NCBI GenBank assembly: GCA_964016885.1
Contig: OZ024743.1
Span: 216,442,001 to 216,506,000, forward strand
Source of the DNA: Eledone cirrhosa
Taxonomy: Eukaryota
Length of the DNA stretch: 64,000 bases
Reading direction: 5' to 3'
Of the stretch, positions 57,401 through 64,000 are shown in pieces. Under the pieces are notes generated by a model that ran no database searches, had not been told where the DNA came from, and saw nothing but the letters and a program-made list of their open reading frames with translations. A program made the translations under genes and the position numbers. Position 1 is the stretch's first letter. Each line of letters starts with the position of its first letter.

Positions 57401-58329
57401 CGGCGTCTTAATTGTAGATCTAACTCATTTGAATGGACTAGGCTGCTATTTCTAGCTGTCGATAATCCTATTCTTGCCACTGGTATGACGCTGTGCGATG
57501 TGTGTATTTTTTTAACAAATGCAACACGTGGTACGAGTCATTCACAGATTTGCATTTGCTGTGAAAACGCAGATGGTTGGATCTTCTCCTTTGGTGACCA
57601 TCCGAGATTTGACTACTGTGATTTACTGATTAATTGGTGAAATATATTTTTTGTTTTAAGAAATATATACAAAGGAGATTAATCATTTTAAAGGAATCTA
57701 TATTTTAAGTTCTAGTTAAAAGGTAATTAGTTACCTACCTAGCTATGTGTGCTTACACACTTTACAAATTATTCCCTGTGATTGTTCCATATGTTTATTT
57801 TATATATATATATATGTCAATCTATTTCTAGTTGATATATATATATATATATATATTTGAAATGTGAGAGATCTTTGGTACAGTTAATTATATTTGGAAA
57901 TAAAAAAATAATGACTTCACTTGAAGTTCTAAACAATTTGATTTTATGATATTATAATTTTACAATTTTGTTTTGTAAACCTGGTTTCGTTTTTTTTATA
58001 AAAAGAGATGACAGCAAAGAGAAAAATATGGTTAGTTTTGGAATAATTCTTGATAGAAATGTATGTTGCTGTTGTTGGATTAGGAGGGGAGGTGGTGGAT
58101 AATCATGGTACCTCAGATATTTACTTCCCTACATATAAACATACATACAGCCCATATACATATTCTTGTTTATACATACCCATATATATACACATGCACA
58201 TGCACTCACACATATATACTTATATATACATATACACACACACATACATACTTATATATACATACACACACACATACATACATACTTATATATACATACA
58301 CATACATACATACATACTTATATATACAT

Positions 58330-58363
<34 letters not shown>

Positions 58364-58394
58364 CTACACATACACATACATACACACATATATA

Positions 58395-60030
58395 TATATT
58401 TTGTTATGCTTTGGGAGGGTCATGTTGCCAATAAGAAACACACGCACCAGATAGTTAAATTTATAAATTTAAGAATTTATAAATTTCCGGTTGGTTGGTT
58501 GGTTCCACAACCGGACGGTTGTACATATATTGTCAAAGTTTTTTCGTCACACATTATGTGACCTCTTCAGTGACTGGGGATTTTTTCTTTGTTTTTGTGC
58601 CTCTCCTTTGTTCTGTCCTACGCCATCTTGTTTTTGTGTGTGTTGTGTGCTTAGTTTGCGCATGTGTTACATCCGGGTGTCTGTGTGTGTTTATATTTGT
58701 TTATTTATTTGTTTATTAACATGTTACTGGTTGGTTATCTGTTCTATGTATGTGTGTGTTTTCATTTTGTCCTTAATTGTAAGTTGTGATGTTGCTATAC
58801 CATTCATGTTTTCTATTTAAATTTGGTTGGAGTTCATTTATGTTTATTGCCTCTGTGATTTGTCTAGACATTGCGTCTTTTCTGTGTGTTGATTCTATTT
58901 TTATTTCTATGTTCTCTAATTTACCCTTATGTTATATTTTAGCATGTTGGTGGAGTACAGATGATTCTTTTCTATCTTGAAGCTCTCGCCAGTGTTCAGT
59001 TATCCGTTCTCCTATACGAGAAGCTGTCTCACCTATGTACACTATATTCTTATCTCTACATTGTCCTTCAGTACATCTTATGTTATATACTACATTTCTA
59101 GCTTTACAGTTAATATGGGGGCTTAGTTTACAGATTATACATTTCTTATCTATACAGGGTGTTCTTTGAAAAGGTTATGTATTGCTAATAAGTGTTTTTA
59201 TGGAGGTACCTGGTATTTCTACTATCTTAATATTGAGTTTATGTTTATCTAGGGCCCTTCTAAATGTGTAAGCTAATTCACCTCTAGGGGTTGTATTGAT
59301 GAACATTACACACTGGTATTTATTGTTATCATAACATGAATTTATTCTATTAACCTTATTCGTAGTTCTTTCTATTCTATTCCAAAATGTGCCCCTATAC
59401 AAGGGGCAGGTCCCATTTGTATCATTATTTACCACTTTTTCCTATTTGGTTATGGCTCCTCTATACACTCTGATTTTATCTCTCTGATTGTAACCAGAGA
59501 ACTGCATACGGTGGATGAAGTGTTGTATGTGTCTCTCTAGTTCTTTGGGGTTGCATATGCGGGACACGTTTCTCATCACCCGTACCAAATCCGCAATCAG
59601 TATGTTGATTTTGGTGTGGTCCGAAACAGCTGAGTTTCGGTAGATCAGATATTTGGAAGTCATGGGTTTGGCATAATGGGAATGGAGGATTTGTTTTTTG
59701 TTATTAATGGTTTCTAACCAGTGCTCTGTGTCTAGTACAGGTAATTGATGGTTGGGGTGTTTGCTTGGGTAGTCTATAGTAACTCTAATACTCTGGTGGA
59801 TGCAGTTAGCTATTTGCTGGATGCTTTCCATGGTGTTTTTCTCTAATTCCTGACTGTTCTCTAATGGGGGTGATTTTACTACGATGTTTATATCATCAAC
59901 GTAGCGGGAGTACATTATCAGGATTAAGAGTTCTTATTGGCAACATGACCCTCCCAAAGCATAACAATATCGGTTTCAACACACGTTTTCAGATAAAGAA
60001 TATTGCTAAACAAATTCAGAAACGATATAT
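58395..60030 (-). mobile_element. 5'-truncated PLE (RT from YVDD, linker, GIY-YIG) with a pLTR hammerhead at 58532-58574 and an inverted pLTR stub at 59928-60030
   Basis: YSRYVDDI, LPVLD, HYAKPMTS, MQFSGY, CIDKKCIIC, NVVYNIRC...YIGETASRIGER; homologous to the 53.2 kb element. Confidence 0.9.
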
Positions 60031-60734
60031 ATATATATACAAGTGGAAGCTTAGTAAAATCCAAGCTTTGGCTATGGCCAAGCAAAACCGACCTACAATA
60101 AGGAATGAGGAGCAAAGCACTTAATGAGGGTAGGTCCATAGAGTAATAACATTACGTTTAAAATATCTTGACAAATTGAAAATTGCGGTAGGCAAAACCC
60201 AAACATACAATACCAAAAACAACGAAAGAACTAATCAGGTAAAACAACAGACCTGGACATGTCGGACGATATTATGCAATACGCCCGATATGTCTCTATA
60301 AATCCGAAATCATCCGGCCAACTTACGTAACACGTAAGCTTGTGATATTCCATGATCGAACAGGGAATTCACTTCATCAACAGGGATTCCGTTCTTTTGC
60401 TTCAAACTGGTGTGAACATTAACTAAATGCGATTACCACAATTGTATATATATATACACACAGACATACAGGCATACATACATACACATATACATAAATA
60501 CACATCTACACACACATATGTATATATATATCTACTCAAAAATTTAAGTTCACATATACATTGTTGGGGGGAGGGGGTAGTGAAATGGTAGTGTACATCC
60601 GAGGGTTTTTCTTCCCTTCAACCATCGAACGTTTGAAAGTGTGGGTGTGATCCACTTCCATTTGTATATTTGTTCATTTCTTTTCATACGCGATTTTTTT
60701 TTTTTAAAGAGAATCCCATTATTGGAAGATCGAA

Positions 60735-61000
60735 TATCATTGTTTTTCTGTTAAGTAACGGTTTGTATTTTCTAATGAAGACTTCTTCTCTATATTTCCG
60801 GAAATTTGCGTTATCCGAATATATCTTAAAGAAAGGGAAGATTGTGAATTTACCCTTCCTGTATGATGTGAGGAGTTCACTGCAGGTGGTGTTTCTGACA
60901 GAGGCTTCACTAATTTGTTGTTTATGGACACGAACTCAGTCATGTAGACCTGTTCCGGTTTCTTTACATTGTAGGCAGGTTGCACAATAAATTAATTTTT
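60735..61000 (-). pseudogene. Degenerate GIY-YIG endonuclease fragment (PLE)
   Basis: Manual translation: ETGTGLHD*VRVHKQQISEASVRNTTCSELL...KFTIFPFFKI...RKYREEVFIRKYKPLLN. Confidence 0.7.
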
Positions 61001-61173
61001 TTTTTGTTTTGCAATCCATGCATCCTTTACCTTTGAACATCTTATTGCTTTAAAAGAAGATTTGCCCACCCTTTTCAATCTATTCGCGTAAACGCATCGA
61101 GGGTCCCCGCATTTCTTAACTTTCCTATTACCCACTCTACTACTCTATGTATTGATTACTCTGGTGCAATGTG

Positions 61174-61230
<57 letters not shown>

Positions 61231-61234
<4 letters not shown>

Positions 61235-62091
61235 GGAAAAAATGAAACGAAATTTCATTTGTCACTCTTAGTACGGCTGTTACTTATATATAAGTATGTA
61301 TACGTACATACATATATGTATACAGACGTACAGTAGTATGTATATATATATATATACATACATGCACACATATATATATATATATATGTACGTATGGATT
61401 CACCAAACATTTATTAATTATAATGCTCGGTGTGCTTGTAAACAAACATCCCGAATTAAGCCGTGCAGTGTCTAGCAACCATCGTTTCTCATTTGTTCAA
61501 CACTGACAAAGGAAGGATGTACGATAGCTAATAAGTTTAAAACTAGTACAGCTTTGCTTTGTCATTGTTGAACAAATCAGCAACGATTGTTGCTAGACAC
61601 TGTACGGCTTAATTCGGGATGTTTGTTTACAAACACACCGAGCATTATAATAAATGTTCGGTGAATCCATACGTACATATATATATGTGTGCATGTATGT
61701 GTATATATATACATACTACTGTACATCTGTATACATATATGTATATATGTATACATACTTATATTTAAGTAACAGCCGTACTAAGAAATTTCGTTTCATT
61801 TTTTCCGTTTATCGTCTTCGGTACGCCGGCCGATTAACTCACTCGATATGCAAATTGGGCTGCTCAGCCGTTAAATATGCATATGGAAAGTATATACTTT
61901 CAGACGTTCAATCATCTGGCAGGAAGTTATCCGTTGCTGACGAAAGCTAATAAGCTTGAAACTACTACAGTGTTCCTTTGTCAGTGTTGAACAAATGAGC
62001 AACGATGGCTGCTAGACACTGTACGGCTTAATTCGGGATATTTGTTTACAAACACACCGAGCATTATAATAAATGTTCGGTGAATCCATAC

Positions 62092-62136
<45 letters not shown>

Positions 62137-62210
62137 CATGTATGCATATATATATATATATACATACTACTGTACGTATCTAAACATATATGTATGTACG
62201 TATACATACT

Positions 62211-62215
<5 letters not shown>
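61231..62215. repeat. Third locus of the hammerhead array family: minus arm 61231-61522 plus about 420-bp plus-strand tandem units; hammerhead at 61932-61972
   Basis: CGTTG CTGACGA AAGCT-AATA-AGCTT GAAA CTAC TA CAGTG. GCTAGACACTGTACGGCTTAATTCGGGAT is repeated near 61592 and 62011. Confidence 0.85.
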
Positions 62216-62280
<65 letters not shown>

Positions 62281-64000
62281 CAAAAGGGATATTCAATTTG
62301 TTAGTAATTCAACAAATATAAATGTTTATAACTGATCCAGAGCACTCGACAAGTTTTCTGGAGTATAATATTCAATGATATTTAATAAATGGGAATTATA
62401 TTTATAAAACCATATTTATTATATTATATATATTTCAAGGGTACCAAAACTTTCATCAGACAATATACAAAGTTTGTTTTATAAATTTTGACATAACCAA
62501 GAAAAAGACCTTAACGTTTCAAGTTTTCCTTGGATATCCAAGGAAAACGTCAATGAAAAGAAAACAATGGATAGAGGGCAGCCGTATCTCCTCAGTCAAG
62601 CTCTAGATATCACTACGATTTAGGTTCATTCCAATACACATTATGTCAAAACAAACAGGTAGAGACATGTTATGCTTTTAGGGGAATTACACAAATATAG
62701 GAGGGAAAGCATCCCAAGTGAGTCACCGGACAAATAAGGGATAGAATGGTGCGGGACGGCTTAGTCAAAAAAGAAAAATATATAGAAAAGTGAGAAATAG
62801 TGAAACAGAAGAGAATAATAAGGAGTGTAGTCGAACGTGCAGATAAGGAAGAATGACTTTGAGGTGTAGAAAGGGTAATAAGAGGGAATAGAGGAAAACA
62901 GACCGGAAGGTGTGATGTATATTATATGAGACACCCCACCCCCATCCATATATATATATATGTGTGTGTGTGTGTTTGTATTCATAAAGGATGATGGGCT
63001 TATGCACAGAGGTGCTGTAATATAACTTATAAAATAGGGTGAAGCAACTGTAAAGAGGGAAAGATATGTTACCATCGACAGCTAAAATGTATTGGACCCA
63101 ATGTCTGCAAATAACTGTAATAGCCGTCTCTCCAGTTTTTCACTTTTGTCAGTTCCCAAATTTTATTTATAGTTAACAAATAATATTATTGTTATTTGCT
63201 TTGCGGTGACTATATTTTCTAATTTTAAATCCTTAACGTTCTACTAAATTCCGTCAAGTAATGTTGGAAATCATGGGAGTACATTTGTAGATATATCCAC
63301 AATATATCGTAACATTCTAACAAACAGTAACCACTCGATTACGATTTGATCTCCTAAGAAGAGATTCTATACATTTATTAATTTTATGTAGCCATACTAT
63401 ATATATAACATGTTATATGTGATATGCCGTAAATATATGTATCAGCTTATCAGTAGTATAAATATATTTGTGAGTTAGAAAATAGCAGAAAGAGAAATTT
63501 GAAGGAAAAGGAGAGAGAGATGGAAAGCTATAAAGATTTGTTTCGGTGTATGTTGCTTGTGGGTACGTACGTGAGTGTCTATGTACGTGGTGTGTATTTT
63601 TCGTATGTACGTTTCATAATGTATCATGCTCTAATGTGTATGCACATACTACATTCCCGGTCATCGTTTTGATTGATCTTCCTCCGTTAATTTCACGATA
63701 TTTGATCATGATAAAACTATCAATCGTTTATCAATGTTTAACACAGTCAATATTGAAAGGTCAATGTTAGTTGTTACCGATTTCGCTGGTTTATAGCTCC
63801 CCGAAGCACTTTTCTCTTTTACGAAACTTCATCGTTCCTGCAATCATGAAACAATATCAGCTTTTGCAATAGCCATCGATCTTATAATCTATTTCGCTTT
63901 TCCCTTGTCTCCTCCTCACACTCTTCAATGAATATATATACCGCGAAAATCGTAAATGGATATATATATATATATGCTATCATGGACCTATAAATGCACA

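Overview
This is AT-rich eukaryotic DNA packed with (TA)n, (CA)n and (GA)n microsatellites. It is most likely an intergenic or intronic region of an octopus or other coleoid cephalopod, inferred from a Nin/Deu-domain tRNA-derived SINE and the repeat landscape. I can support no intact host gene; almost all listed ORFs are microsatellite artefacts. The window is mostly decayed retroelements: several families of Penelope-like elements (PLEs; RT plus C-terminal GIY-YIG) in tandem and inverted arrangements inside (TA)n tracts, a CR1/L2-type LINE, a CRE-like RLE element, a Tx1/L1-like element, an RTE fragment, SINEs and MITE/Helitron-like pieces. The main hidden signal is RNA structure: I folded about 25 type I hammerhead-ribozyme motifs, from roughly a dozen unrelated repeat families, by eye. 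Many are non-canonical: a compensatory U3-A8 core (TTGANAA), stem II expanded to 35-80 nt, palindromic stem III, or extra core nucleotides. Some sit in non-coding 370-540 bp tandem units that resemble retrozymes. Inversion junctions cluster at the ribozymes, and a short ACTC...RTYGAGTR stem recurs near the 3' ends of unrelated families. All folds and alignments are manual and untested.
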